Shown here piece by piece: positions 38,731 through 47,830 of a stretch of DNA of 64,000 nucleotides (positions are counted from its first letter, which is position 1; each line of letters opens with the position of its first letter). A program made the translations under genes and the position numbers. The DNA comes from Chloroflexota bacterium (GTDB lineage: Bacteria; Chloroflexota; UBA11872; VXOZ01): the NCBI GenBank assembly GCA_963663275.1, contig OY760183.1, forward strand, positions 256,001 to 320,000. Direction: 5' to 3'. The notes under the pieces are model-generated. The model was not told the DNA's origin. It searched no databases and saw only the letters and a program-made list of their open reading frames with translations.

Positions 38731-39219
38731 GTGCTTGGGCTAGTAAACCGCTACTCATTCATCGCACTCGTACTCGGCCTGCTGCTGGCGAGCGCCGCGG
38801 CCGCCTACTACTGGCTGCCGCTGCCCGGCGGCTGGCTGCTCGTGCCGGCGGTCGGGATCAGTCTGGCGTCGTTGCATTTCGTGCTCCGCTACCAGGCGGC
38901 GCAACGCGCGGACGAAGGCGACATGGCGGCCCTCGTGGGCAAAGGGCGGCCGGCGCTGGTACTGGTGTATTCCAACTACTGAACGGTCAGCCTCGCGGCT
39001 TCTCCCATCGTCGATGGGATCGAACGCGACGTGGGCGCGGCGGCGCGCGTCATCCGCATCAACCGGCACACGCCGGACGGACGGCAAGCCGCCCAGACCC
39101 TTGGCGTAGAAGCGGTGCCGGGTTTCGTGGTCTACGACGGCGCCGGTGCGGAGCGGCTGCGGCTGGAGGGCCGCTTGCCGGACCGCACGGCGCTGGTAGC
39201 CGCCCTGCGCCAGGAGTAA
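38731..39219 (+). CDS. Membrane-anchored thioredoxin-fold putative selenoprotein 2 (UxxS; TGA at 38980-38982)
   Basis: Two TM helices, then PALVLVYSNY-TGA-TVSLAASPIVDGIERDV...AVPGFVVYDGAG. The TGA is at the same position as in paralog 1. GGGAG RBS before GTG 38731. Confidence 0.8.
39003..39019 (+). promoter_or_regulatory. Candidate SECIS hairpin 2
   Basis: tcccatc-gtc-gatggga, with the loop G 28 nt after the TGA. Confidence 0.55.
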
Positions 39220-39325
39220 GGCGCGGCCGCGGGCGTGAACTGGCGTCCGCCAGGCCCGCGCCGCTGCCGTTTACCCCATGCGCTATACTGGACGAAAATT
39301 GCCCACCGCCGTAGAGGAGTGCCTC

Positions 39326-40351
39326 GTGAACCAACAGTCCTTGCCGCCGCTGCGCAGTGAAGCGGAACTGATGGCGCAGATGACCGCGCCCACGCCGGCC
39401 GTGTGTGAAGCGGTCCAGGCGCTGGACGGCCCGATCATGGTGCTGGGCGTGGCCGGCAAGATGGGCCCCACACTGGCCGAACTCCTGGTGCGCGCCGGCG
39501 CGCAGCGCGTGATCGGCGTCTCGCGCTTCTCTTCGCCGGAGTCGCGCCGCTACCTGGACGACGCCGGCGTGGAAACCGTGGCCTGCGACCTGCTGGACGA
39601 CGCCAGCGTGGCCGCGCTGCCGGACGCCCCCTACCTCTACCTGCTGGCGGGCTTCAAGTTCGGCTCCAGCGGCGCGCCCTCCCTCAACTGGGCCATGAAC
39701 ACGCTCGTGCCCGCCAAGCTGATGGAACGCTTTCCCGATTCCCGCATGGTCTACGTCTCTTCCGGCAACGTCTACCGCTTCATGCCGGTGGACGGCAGCG
39801 GCGCGGCGGAGGACGCCCCCCTGGGGCCGGTGGGCGAGTACGCCGAATCGCGCCTGGGCGGCGAACGCCTGGTGGAATACTACGCCGAACGGCAGGGCAC
39901 GCCCACGCTCATCGTGCGCCTCTTCTACGCCACGGAACTACGCTACGGCATCATCCTGGACATCGCCGCCAAGGTGAAAGAGCAGACTCCGATCGACCTG
40001 GCCATGGGCTACGCCAACCAGATCTGGCAGGGCGACGCCTGCGACATGCTTGCCCGCTCGTTTCCGCTCTGCGCCAGCCCCGCCGGCGTGATCAACCTGA
40101 CCGGCACGGACACGCTCTCCGTGCGCGCGGTGGCCGAAACCCTGGGCGAACGCCTGGGCGTGGCGCCAATCTTCACCGGCGAGCCGGAAGCCACCGCCCT
40201 GCTCGGCGACGCTTCTCGCTATGTGGAAACCTTCGGGCCGCCCCGCGTAACGTCAGAGCAAATCATCGACTGGGTCGCCTGGTGGGTGAAACACGAAGGC
40301 GCGACGCTGGGCAAACCGACGAAGTACGAGAGCAGGACAGGGAACTTCTAA
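39326..40351 (+). CDS. NAD-dependent epimerase/dehydratase (extended SDR)
   Basis: LGVAGKMG, VSSGNVY, EYAESRLG, RLFYA. GAGGAG RBS before GTG 39326. Confidence 0.82.
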   Translation: MNQQSLPPLRSEAELMAQMTAPTPAVCEAVQALDGPIMVLGVAGKMGPTLAELLVRAGAQRVIGVSRFSSPESRRYLDDAGVETVACDLLDDASVAALPDAPYLYLLAGFKFGSSGAPSLNWAMNTLVPAKLMERFPDSRMVYVSSGNVYRFMPVDGSGAAEDAPLGPVGEYAESRLGGERLVEYYAERQGTPTLIVRLFYATELRYGIILDIAAKVKEQTPIDLAMGYANQIWQGDACDMLARSFPLCASPAGVINLTGTDTLSVRAVAETLGERLGVAPIFTGEPEATALLGDASRYVETFGPPRVTSEQIIDWVAWWVKHEGATLGKPTKYESRTGNF

Positions 40352-40465
40352 CGGTTGTCCTCTTCTCAAGCGGCGCACTGTCTGTGTGCTGCTGGGCGTC
40401 AAAAGGTGTAGGGGCACGACATGTCGTGCCCCTACACCTTTTGACGCCCAGCCGGGCCAAGCCGG

Positions 40466-41575
40466 TCAACTATCCTCCAGGACTGCCCGCAGGCGGTCGG
40501 CGACGATGGCCGCTTCGCCCGGTTGCAGGGTCATGGGGCTGATGAGGATGCCCTCCTCATCGAGCCGCACGTCGATCGAGGGCTCGCCTTCCCGCAGGGC
40601 GCGGGCAACGTCTTCAGCACGTTCCAGTCCCGCCTCCGGGAAGCTGATCTGCGCGTGGGGCACGATGTCCCAACTCGCGCCTTCATCCTGCCGCCGCACG
40701 GCGCCGCTTACCCCGTCTATGCCGTCCGCGGCCGCCGCCACGAGGCGCATCTGCGCTTCCCAGCCGTCCAGTTCCGCCGCCTCGTCCTGCGCCAGGTAGA
40801 GTTCCACCGCCGCCAGCAGCCCCATGATCTCTTCCTTGCCGACCTTCATGCCGCGCCCAATCGCGCTTTGCGGACTGCCGTTCAGCCGCGCCGCCTCCAC
40901 AAGATCCGGTCTGCCCAGCACCAGGCCGGTGGCCTGCGGACCGCGAATGCCTTTGCCGCCGCTGAAGATAACCAGGTCGGCGCCCAGCCCCACGACCTCC
41001 GCTAAGTTGGATCGGGGCGGCAGTTGGGCCGCGGCATCGACGATCACGGGCACGCCGCGTTGATGCGCTCCGGCGATCACCTCGATCAACTGTTGCTTGG
41101 TCTGCTTGCCCAGGAAATGCACCACCGCTGCCGTACGTTCCGTAATCGCTCCGATGAGGTCTGCCGATGTAACGCACGTCTCGGTGCCGGCAGCCACCAG
41201 CACGCCGCCGGCGACCCGAAAGCCTTGGTGAACGTAGGTGTGCTCGTCCACGTAGCTGATGACGAACTCATTCTTGCCGCTGGGCACGTCCGGCAGCGCC
41301 CGGATCAGGTCGGTGTCCGTGCCGGTCAGGCAGGCCGCGGCCGCCACAAGCATGCCGCTGGCCGCGCCGCAAGGAATAAATGCCGCCGGCACGCCGAGCA
41401 TCGCCGCCAGCCGCTCGCCCGCCTTTTCGTGCAGTTCGTCAAGTCCGACAAAGCTGCGGGAAGCGCGTTCCATGGCCGCCACCACCGCGTCCGGCATCAG
41501 GCTGCCGCCCAGGGTCGTCACCGTGCCGCTGGCGTTGATGAACGTGCCGACGTTCAGGTCGTCGTAGGTAATCAC
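40466..41575 (-). CDS. SelA-related PLP-dependent enzyme (DgaE-like ammonia-lyase family)
   Basis: INASGTVTTLGGS, VIVDAAAQ, FSGGKGIRGPQATG, IGRGMKVGKEEI. 369 aa, shorter than true SelA. Confidence 0.8.
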   Translation of the reverse strand: MITYDDLNVGTFINASGTVTTLGGSLMPDAVVAAMERASRSFVGLDELHEKAGERLAAMLGVPAAFIPCGAASGMLVAAAACLTGTDTDLIRALPDVPSGKNEFVISYVDEHTYVHQGFRVAGGVLVAAGTETCVTSADLIGAITERTAAVVHFLGKQTKQQLIEVIAGAHQRGVPVIVDAAAQLPPRSNLAEVVGLGADLVIFSGGKGIRGPQATGLVLGRPDLVEAARLNGSPQSAIGRGMKVGKEEIMGLLAAVELYLAQDEAAELDGWEAQMRLVAAAADGIDGVSGAVRRQDEGASWDIVPHAQISFPEAGLERAEDVARALREGEPSIDVRLDEEGILISPMTLQPGEAAIVADRLRAVLEDS

Positions 41576-42066
41576 GTGCTGCTCCTTTACTCTGTTTTGG
41601 ACGTTTCTGTCAGTCTGGAACGGTCATTGGCATTTGGCGGCAGCGCCCACCGGACGCCGCGTAGCGTGTTGACCAAGATCCTGTTTGGCTCTTGGCGTCA
41701 AGCCTGCCCCTTGCCCGACGGGGAAGCGGGGGACAAGCCCCCGCGCTACAGCGGACGGGCGACCAGCCACTGCGCTGCGGCGGAGGGACGGGCGACTAGC
41801 CCTTGCGCTGATTGCTTCTGTCATTCCGAGCGGAGCGAGGAATCTAGGATGCATGTGCCGCACGTCGTATCTTTACTCCAGCACTCTAGATTCCTCACTA
41901 CGCTGCGCTCCGTTCGGAATGACAGGCAACGCGCGCCTCGTGCTTTCTGCTGACCTTCCCCAATTTTTCCGCCCCTTACAACATACAAATGACACGTATA
42001 CAACCCATACTCGGCTCTGCGTCTCCATGCCCTTTTCACCAAATCTGTCAGCGTATTACGAAATAC

Positions 42067-42987
42067 TTACAAGAATGACTGAGACTTGAACACCGCCTGG
42101 CCGCGTTCAGGCTCTTCGATGCGGTACAGCTTCTCGGCGTTCTTTGAGAAGAGCGCGACTTGCTCGTCCCGGCTGAATCCGGCGATGATTGCCGTGTAGG
42201 CGTCGATCAGCCGGTCGTAGTCGCTCCACAGCCAGTCCACCGGCCAGTTGGTGCCGAAGATGCAGCGGCCGACGCCGAACGTCTCGATGGACGCCAGCAC
42301 CCACCGCCGGATGCTGTCCACCGTCCAGTTCTGGTCGCTCATGCACAGGCCGGAGATCTTCCAGCGGACGTTGTCACACGCGGCCGCAATCTCCATACCG
42401 CCCTTCCAACTGGCAAAATACTCGTCCGTGCGCTCCTCCGGCAAACCCGTGTGATCGACGACGATCATGACGTTGGGGAACGTGTTTGCCAGGTCCCGCA
42501 GCTTTTCCATCTCCCGCCACGTCACGGCGATGCTGGACACGAGGTTGTACTTTTCCATCAGGGCGAAACCCCGCTGGAAGTCCGGCGCGACGAGGTAGTC
42601 GCCGTAGGAGAAATCGCGTATGCCGCGCATGTTGGGCGATTGGCAATGCCGCTCCAGCACGGCTTCCACATCGGGAGCGCGCAGGTCGGCGTGGGCCACG
42701 ATGGCGTGGGGAAAGCCCGTGCGATCGGCGGCTTCCTGGAGCCACTCGGTCTCCGTGACCGGGTCCGGGCTGCCGATGGCGGCCTGCACGTGAATCGCCT
42801 TGGTGACGTTGGCATTGCGGGTCTCGGCGATGTAGTCCTCGGCGAGATAGTTGCGCTCGGCGAGCCGCTGGATCTGCTCCCCCAGGGTCGGATGCGGCAC
42901 GCCGGGCTGCCAGTGGCCGTAGACAAGTTCCGGGTGCTGCATGTCGTAGTAATGGACGTGGCTATCGACGAACTCCAGCTTGTCCAT
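42067..42987 (-). CDS. Amidohydrolase_2 family, sugar lactonase-like
   Basis: VDSHVH, HVQA, VDHTGLP, KISGL, FGTNWPVD. Confidence 0.85.
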   Translation of the reverse strand: MDKLEFVDSHVHYYDMQHPELVYGHWQPGVPHPTLGEQIQRLAERNYLAEDYIAETRNANVTKAIHVQAAIGSPDPVTETEWLQEAADRTGFPHAIVAHADLRAPDVEAVLERHCQSPNMRGIRDFSYGDYLVAPDFQRGFALMEKYNLVSSIAVTWREMEKLRDLANTFPNVMIVVDHTGLPEERTDEYFASWKGGMEIAAACDNVRWKISGLCMSDQNWTVDSIRRWVLASIETFGVGRCIFGTNWPVDWLWSDYDRLIDAYTAIIAGFSRDEQVALFSKNAEKLYRIEEPERGQAVFKSQSFL

Positions 42988-43146
42988 GAGCAACTCTCCT
43001 CCCTGGCTGGGACTCTCCGCGCCGCCGTTTCCCCCTCACCCTAACCCTCTCCCCCAGGAGAGGGAATGGATTCGGAGCGTAATCTATGGGCAAGCCCCTG
43101 GTCAAATCCGTGGGCAAATCCATAGGCAAGTCCGTTTGGCAACGGA

Positions 43147-44208
43147 CTAGCGCAGAGAATCCACCCTGACGGCCCGGCCCGACGCCGCCGAGCGGTAGCC
43201 GGCCTCCAGGAACTCGACCACCCGCGCGCCCACCTCGCCCGGGGCGCGGTTCTCACTTTCGCCTAAGATGACTTCCACCAGTCCGCGCGCGGGCAGGTGC
43301 GCCGGGTACCGTTCTTCCTCAGACAGATCCGCGAACGCATCGGCGGTTCCGTCGTTGTACTGGGCTTCCAGGCGGCCGCCGGCCATGTCCTGGCGCAGGA
43401 CGCCCTCAGTGCCGGTGTACACAAAACCTTGGTCGAGCCGTTGGTGCGGCCGCATCGCGCCGGTGGAGGCCATCGTGCCCGCCGCGCCGTTATCCAGCCG
43501 GAAGCTGAGGGCGTTGACCAGGTCCACCGCCAGGTCGTAATTCTCCATGAAGGCAAAGACCTCCACCGCCCGCCGGCCGGTCACCCAGAGCGCCATGCCC
43601 ATGGGGTGCGTCACTTGCAGGTGGCCCTGGCCGCCCCCGGCCAGTTTGGGGTCCGCGTAGCTATCGGCCTCGGGGCCGGTGACCGGAAAGCCGAACGCCG
43701 CGGCGTAGTCCTGGGGCCGGCCGCGCAGATAAGATTCGACCCAGGAGGTGAAGATGCCGGAGACCATCTGCAATTCGCCAATCTTGCCCGCTTGCACGAT
43801 CTCGCGCGCCGCCTGGGCGTGGCGGGTGAACTGGCTGGTGTAGCCGACCATCAGGTGCAGGCCGTTCCGCTGGGCGCGCTCTACCAAATCCCAGGCGTCG
43901 GCGGCGGTGAGGGTCATCGGCTTTTCCACCAGCGCGTGGACGCCGGCGTCCAGCGCGTCACGGGCGGCCGCGTAGTGGTAGGCGTGTTGAACGGCGATGA
44001 CCACGCCGTCAACACCCGCCGCCAGCAGGTCGTGATGGTTGTCGTAGGTGGCGCCGATGTCGTAGTATTCGGCGGCGGCCTTGGCCTTCTCCGGTTTAAC
44101 GTCGGCAATGCCGACCAGGTCCGCCTTTTCGTACGCTTTCAAGCTGGGGATGTGGTGCTGCGTCGCCCACCAACCGGCGCCGATCACGCCCATTCTCGCC
44201 TTCGCCAT
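43147..44208 (-). CDS. Gfo/Idh/MocA family oxidoreductase
   Basis: GVIGAGWWA, HALVEKPM, GGGQGHLQVTH. ATG 44208. Confidence 0.9.
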   Translation of the reverse strand: MAKARMGVIGAGWWATQHHIPSLKAYEKADLVGIADVKPEKAKAAAEYYDIGATYDNHHDLLAAGVDGVVIAVQHAYHYAAARDALDAGVHALVEKPMTLTAADAWDLVERAQRNGLHLMVGYTSQFTRHAQAAREIVQAGKIGELQMVSGIFTSWVESYLRGRPQDYAAAFGFPVTGPEADSYADPKLAGGGQGHLQVTHPMGMALWVTGRRAVEVFAFMENYDLAVDLVNALSFRLDNGAAGTMASTGAMRPHQRLDQGFVYTGTEGVLRQDMAGGRLEAQYNDGTADAFADLSEEERYPAHLPARGLVEVILGESENRAPGEVGARVVEFLEAGYRSAASGRAVRVDSLR

Positions 44209-44537
44209 GGCCTTGCCTCGCTCAACGTGCTTGAGAAATGAGGCGGATTGCGCGTTTGACAGCGCCGCTTGTTGTTCCAGGAACCGCCCCGCGCCTAAAC
44301 GCCGTTGCAGGTATCTTACCACGTCAGGCGCGCCGTACTCTCGACAGCCCGTTTGCCGCGCTTTCGGGAAACGCGCGCATGACGCCGCAAGCATACTGCG
44401 GGCTTCCGGCAGAGGCGATGCGCGCAAGCAGCGATAGATGGCGTGCTATACTTGGCCTTGCGGCAACCGTGTGCATCTGGGCACCGCTCCTCAGCGATTG
44501 CGCCGGAATAGACGGAAATGCGAAAGCGTGGCAGGCC

Positions 44538-45383
44538 ATGGCAAACGTGAGCGCGGACCCATTTCTGAGCAAGTTCGACCCGCTGGGGCGCATCCTGTTC
44601 GCCGACGACTTCGACAACGGCCTGTGCGGCTGGAGCGAACTGATCGGCAACTACGAGGGCAGCCTGGACACCATCCTGCCGCCCTTCCGCGACCTGCGCC
44701 CGCCCATGCTCAGCAGCGCCACCATGTGGGACACCGGCACGGCGGGATCGCTTGCCGGCGCGTATTCGCTGAAACTCGCCACCCGCGCCCGCGCCGGGCA
44801 TCTGGCGGTTGCCATCAAGCGCGCCACCTGGCGCAAGCGGGGACGCATCCAGGTGGAGTGCTACTTTGCGGTCAAACCGGAACCAAGCGCGCTCACGCTG
44901 GGCGACCACGACGTGAGCGCTTTTGGCGTGTTCTTCGACCTGCAAGACGACGAACAGCGCGCCATGCCCCACCTGCGCTACTGCAACACCGCGGACGGCG
45001 CGCCGCGCTACCTGTGGCAGTACCGGGACGAGTTGCCCTCGCGCCACGTGGTCGGCGACAGCGGGGAAATCAAATCCTTCTTTCACCTGGACCCGCGCGG
45101 CTGGAAGGACATTCCAAACGCCCGGCAGCGGCTCTGCTACAACGAACTGCCGACCAAGCTCAACTGGCACTACCTGCGCTTTGCGTGCGACCTGCGTACC
45201 ATGAACTACGCCGAACTCCAGTGCAACGACCAAACGTTCGATTTGACGGGTCTGTCGCCCATCCGCGCGCCCACCGACGCCGATTTGTGGTGCATGTTGA
45301 ATACCGCTTTCTTCGTGGAAACCGCCACCAACCGGCGGGCGTTCCTGTATCTGGATTCCGTCGTGGTTTCCCTGGCCCCGTAG
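44538..45383 (+). CDS. Conserved hypothetical protein (DUF6772-like)
   Basis: ILFADDFDNGLCGW, PPMLSSATMWD, YSLKLAT, CYNELPTKLNWHY. Family assignment from memory. Confidence 0.6.
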   Translation: MANVSADPFLSKFDPLGRILFADDFDNGLCGWSELIGNYEGSLDTILPPFRDLRPPMLSSATMWDTGTAGSLAGAYSLKLATRARAGHLAVAIKRATWRKRGRIQVECYFAVKPEPSALTLGDHDVSAFGVFFDLQDDEQRAMPHLRYCNTADGAPRYLWQYRDELPSRHVVGDSGEIKSFFHLDPRGWKDIPNARQRLCYNELPTKLNWHYLRFACDLRTMNYAELQCNDQTFDLTGLSPIRAPTDADLWCMLNTAFFVETATNRRAFLYLDSVVVSLAP

Positions 45384-45803
45384 GGGCACGACATGTCGTG
45401 CCCCTACGGGGCCGGTAACGCAATAATGGGGTTAACAAGAACGTAGCGCCGGGGGGCGGAGCGTAGGTTTCGCATCAACGTAGCGCGGGGGCTTGTCCCC
45501 CGCCTCTGCGGAATCGGCGGACAAAGCGTCGCCCGGGCCGCCGGGCGTAGAGGCACGACATGTCGTGCCCTACGGCGCCTGTAACGCAATAATGGGGTTA
45601 ACAAGAACGTAGCGCGAGGGGGCGGAGCGTAGGTTTCGCATCAACGTAGCGCGGGGGCTTGTCCCCCGCCTCTGCGGAATCGGCGGACAAAGCGCCGCCC
45701 GGGCCGCTGGGCGTAGGGGCACGACATGTCGTGCCCCTACGGGGTTGTCCTATGGTAACGGGAATGGAGCCGCATCAACGTAGCGCGGGGGCTTGTCCCC
45801 CGC
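45379..45803. repeat. Tandem duplication with a ~166-bp period, built from REP-like palindromes
   Basis: The gtaggggcacgacatgtcgtgccc palindrome starts at ~45380, 45547 and 45713, with near-identical sequence between the first three copies. Confidence 0.85.
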
Positions 45804-45924
45804 CGCCGCACCTGCTCCCGCAATATCGGATACGGCACAGGCGCTACGGCCACGGACGTAGGTTGCAAACCTGCGCTACCGGGACAGCGGCGTTTCGCTT
45901 TCATGGATGAGAGGCAATAAACGG

Positions 45925-46257
45925 ATGCCGCGACAGGTCTATACCGCCGTTGTGGAACGCAACGTTACCTGGGAAGGCGCGTTTGCCACCGAGCCCTACG
46001 AGGCCGGCTGGGCCGCCGAGGCGCTCATCTTCATCCGCGTCCTCAAAGGGGCAATTGCCGGGCACAGCGCGGCGGTGCAGGTCTCGCCCGACGGCATCCG
46101 CTGGTTGGACGAAGGCACGCGCATTTCTCTTCCCCACACAGCGGATGGGTTAACGCTGGCAAGGGTAACGCACTTCGGCAACTGGCTCCGGCTCGCCGGC
46201 GAACTCCCGCCGGGCCAAGTGTGCACGGTGATGGTCTACTTTGTGCTCAAAGACTGA
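45925..46257 (+). CDS. Conserved small protein (DUF6385-like)
   Basis: TEPYEAGWAAEA, VQVSPDGIRW, HFGNWLRL. Family assignment from memory. Confidence 0.6.
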   Translation: MPRQVYTAVVERNVTWEGAFATEPYEAGWAAEALIFIRVLKGAIAGHSAAVQVSPDGIRWLDEGTRISLPHTADGLTLARVTHFGNWLRLAGELPPGQVCTVMVYFVLKD

Positions 46258-46298
46258 GATTGGAGCGCCGGGCGCCCAGCCACGCGCAACATGAAACT

Positions 46299-47645
46299 CT
46301 ACGCGCCGTCATACTCCTCGGTATTCGCCAGGCTGCGGAGTTGGGTGAGGTAGTCGTCCTTGGTCATAGGCGGTGTAGTTTCCTCCAGCACGCGGTCGGC
46401 CGTTTCCGCGTCGTTCGCCAGCAGGTCCACCGCCGTCTGGGCCATCAGCTTGGCCGGGGCGATGATAGCGTGGTCGGCGTCGTCGAGCAGGAAGTCGTTG
46501 CCGTGGCCGGTGCCCGTCGCGCCGCCCGCGGCCGGCTGGATTGCCCGCACCACGTGCATTACGTCGCCCATGTCGGTGGAGCCGGTGCTGTGGGGGCGCA
46601 CCGAGATATTCTCCTCGCCCACCAGCGCGGCCGCGTTCTCGCGGTAGAGGTCCGCCAGCGGCGGATGGGGAATCATGGGGAAGTAGCCGGGAAACGTCTC
46701 AATGTGCACGGTCGCGCCCGTCGCCAGCGCCCCAGCCTTCAGCGCGCGCTGCACCTTCTCGTTCGCCTCCAGCATGACCTCCATGGTCTTGCCGCGCACC
46801 TTGCCCTCCATTTGCGCAATGGCCGGGATCACGTTATTCACCTCGCCGCCGCGCTTGATGATGAAGTGCGCGCGCACCGTGTCCTCATCGCGGAAGGTCT
46901 CGCGCTGGTACTGAAGGGCCGTGAAGGCCAGGGTCGCGGCGTTCAGCGCGTTGATGCCCTTGTGCGGCGCGCCCGCGGCGTGCGCCGCGCGGCCGTGGTA
47001 GGTGACGTGCTTGGCCACCGTGCCGTTGCTGGTCTCCGTCATGCAGACAATCCCGTCATCGGCGTTGCTGCTGGTGTGCACCAGCATGGCGAAGTCCACG
47101 TCGTCGAACGCGCCCCGGCGAATGAACTCCGGCTTGCCGCCCAGAAACTCGATCGCGCCCTGATCGCGCAACGACTGCCGGAAACCGACCTCCACGTACT
47201 CCTCCGCCGGCACCGCAATGAAGACCAGTTTGCCGCACAGATTGCCGAGCACGCCGGAGCGGGTCAGGCCCATGGCCGCGCCCAGCATGGAGGCAATCTG
47301 GTTGTTGTGGCCGCAGGCGTGGGCCGCGCCGGTCTCCGGATGCGCGTGGGGGTGGTCCGGCACCGGCAGGGCGTCCAACTCGCCCATGATCGCCACGCTT
47401 GGCCCGGGCCGTCCGGTGTCGAGCACAGCCTTCACGCCCGTCACGGCGATGCCGGACTCATGGGGAATGTCAAGCTGTGTGAACCACTCGTCCACCACCC
47501 CGGCGGTCTCGAACTCCTTGTACCCCGTCTCAGGATGACGCAAGATGCGGTCGGCAATGCCGGTAATCGCATCGGACTGCGCGTCGATCGACTCGCTGAG
47601 GGTCTGCTTGAGTTGCGCCGGGGTCTTGCCGTTGGTCGCCGCCAT
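46299..47645 (-). CDS. M20 family amidohydrolase/peptidase
   Basis: HPETGYKEF, GELDAL, HACGHN, PAEE, GRAAHA, GSTDMGDV. Confidence 0.9.
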   Translation of the reverse strand: MAATNGKTPAQLKQTLSESIDAQSDAITGIADRILRHPETGYKEFETAGVVDEWFTQLDIPHESGIAVTGVKAVLDTGRPGPSVAIMGELDALPVPDHPHAHPETGAAHACGHNNQIASMLGAAMGLTRSGVLGNLCGKLVFIAVPAEEYVEVGFRQSLRDQGAIEFLGGKPEFIRRGAFDDVDFAMLVHTSSNADDGIVCMTETSNGTVAKHVTYHGRAAHAAGAPHKGINALNAATLAFTALQYQRETFRDEDTVRAHFIIKRGGEVNNVIPAIAQMEGKVRGKTMEVMLEANEKVQRALKAGALATGATVHIETFPGYFPMIPHPPLADLYRENAAALVGEENISVRPHSTGSTDMGDVMHVVRAIQPAAGGATGTGHGNDFLLDDADHAIIAPAKLMAQTAVDLLANDAETADRVLEETTPPMTKDDYLTQLRSLANTEEYDGA

Positions 47646-47830
47646 GGTGTAACTCCTTGAATCGTTGGACTATGGGCGAATCAGATGATGCGTATGCTTG
47701 GGAATCCATCCGGCCGGATCTGCCATGCCGTGCTTACACCCGGCCGCTTCCTACCATACCACCTTCGCCCCCGCGGCGGCGCATCCGTACCCAATGCGGG
47801 CGCTTGCGCGGGGGAGCGCGCGGCGTGTGT

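Noticed and set aside
38404-38982. Genome-wide UGA reassignment (genetic code 4 or 25)
   Set aside because: Many genes here end normally at TGA (5240, 11037, 34943, 61865), and no other recognised gene needs UGA read-through.
38131-39219. Separate small ORFs (38131-38406, 38692-38982, 39031-39219) or two pseudogenes
   Set aside because: The TGAs align at the catalytic position in both paralogs and the downstream frames are intact, so recoding is the simpler explanation.
40466-41575. True selenocysteine synthase selA serving the nearby UGA-containing genes
   Set aside because: At 369 aa with FSGGKGIRGPQ and GRGMKVGKEE it fits the SelA-related/DgaE family, not SelA (longer, FSGDKLLGGPQ). Not used as evidence for Sec machinery.
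43080-43142. 12-bp degenerate repeats (aatccgtgggca-like) as a regulatory array
   Set aside because: Short, degenerate and just past a stop codon. They resemble other slippage repeats at 12276, 19700 and 58520, with no evidence of function.
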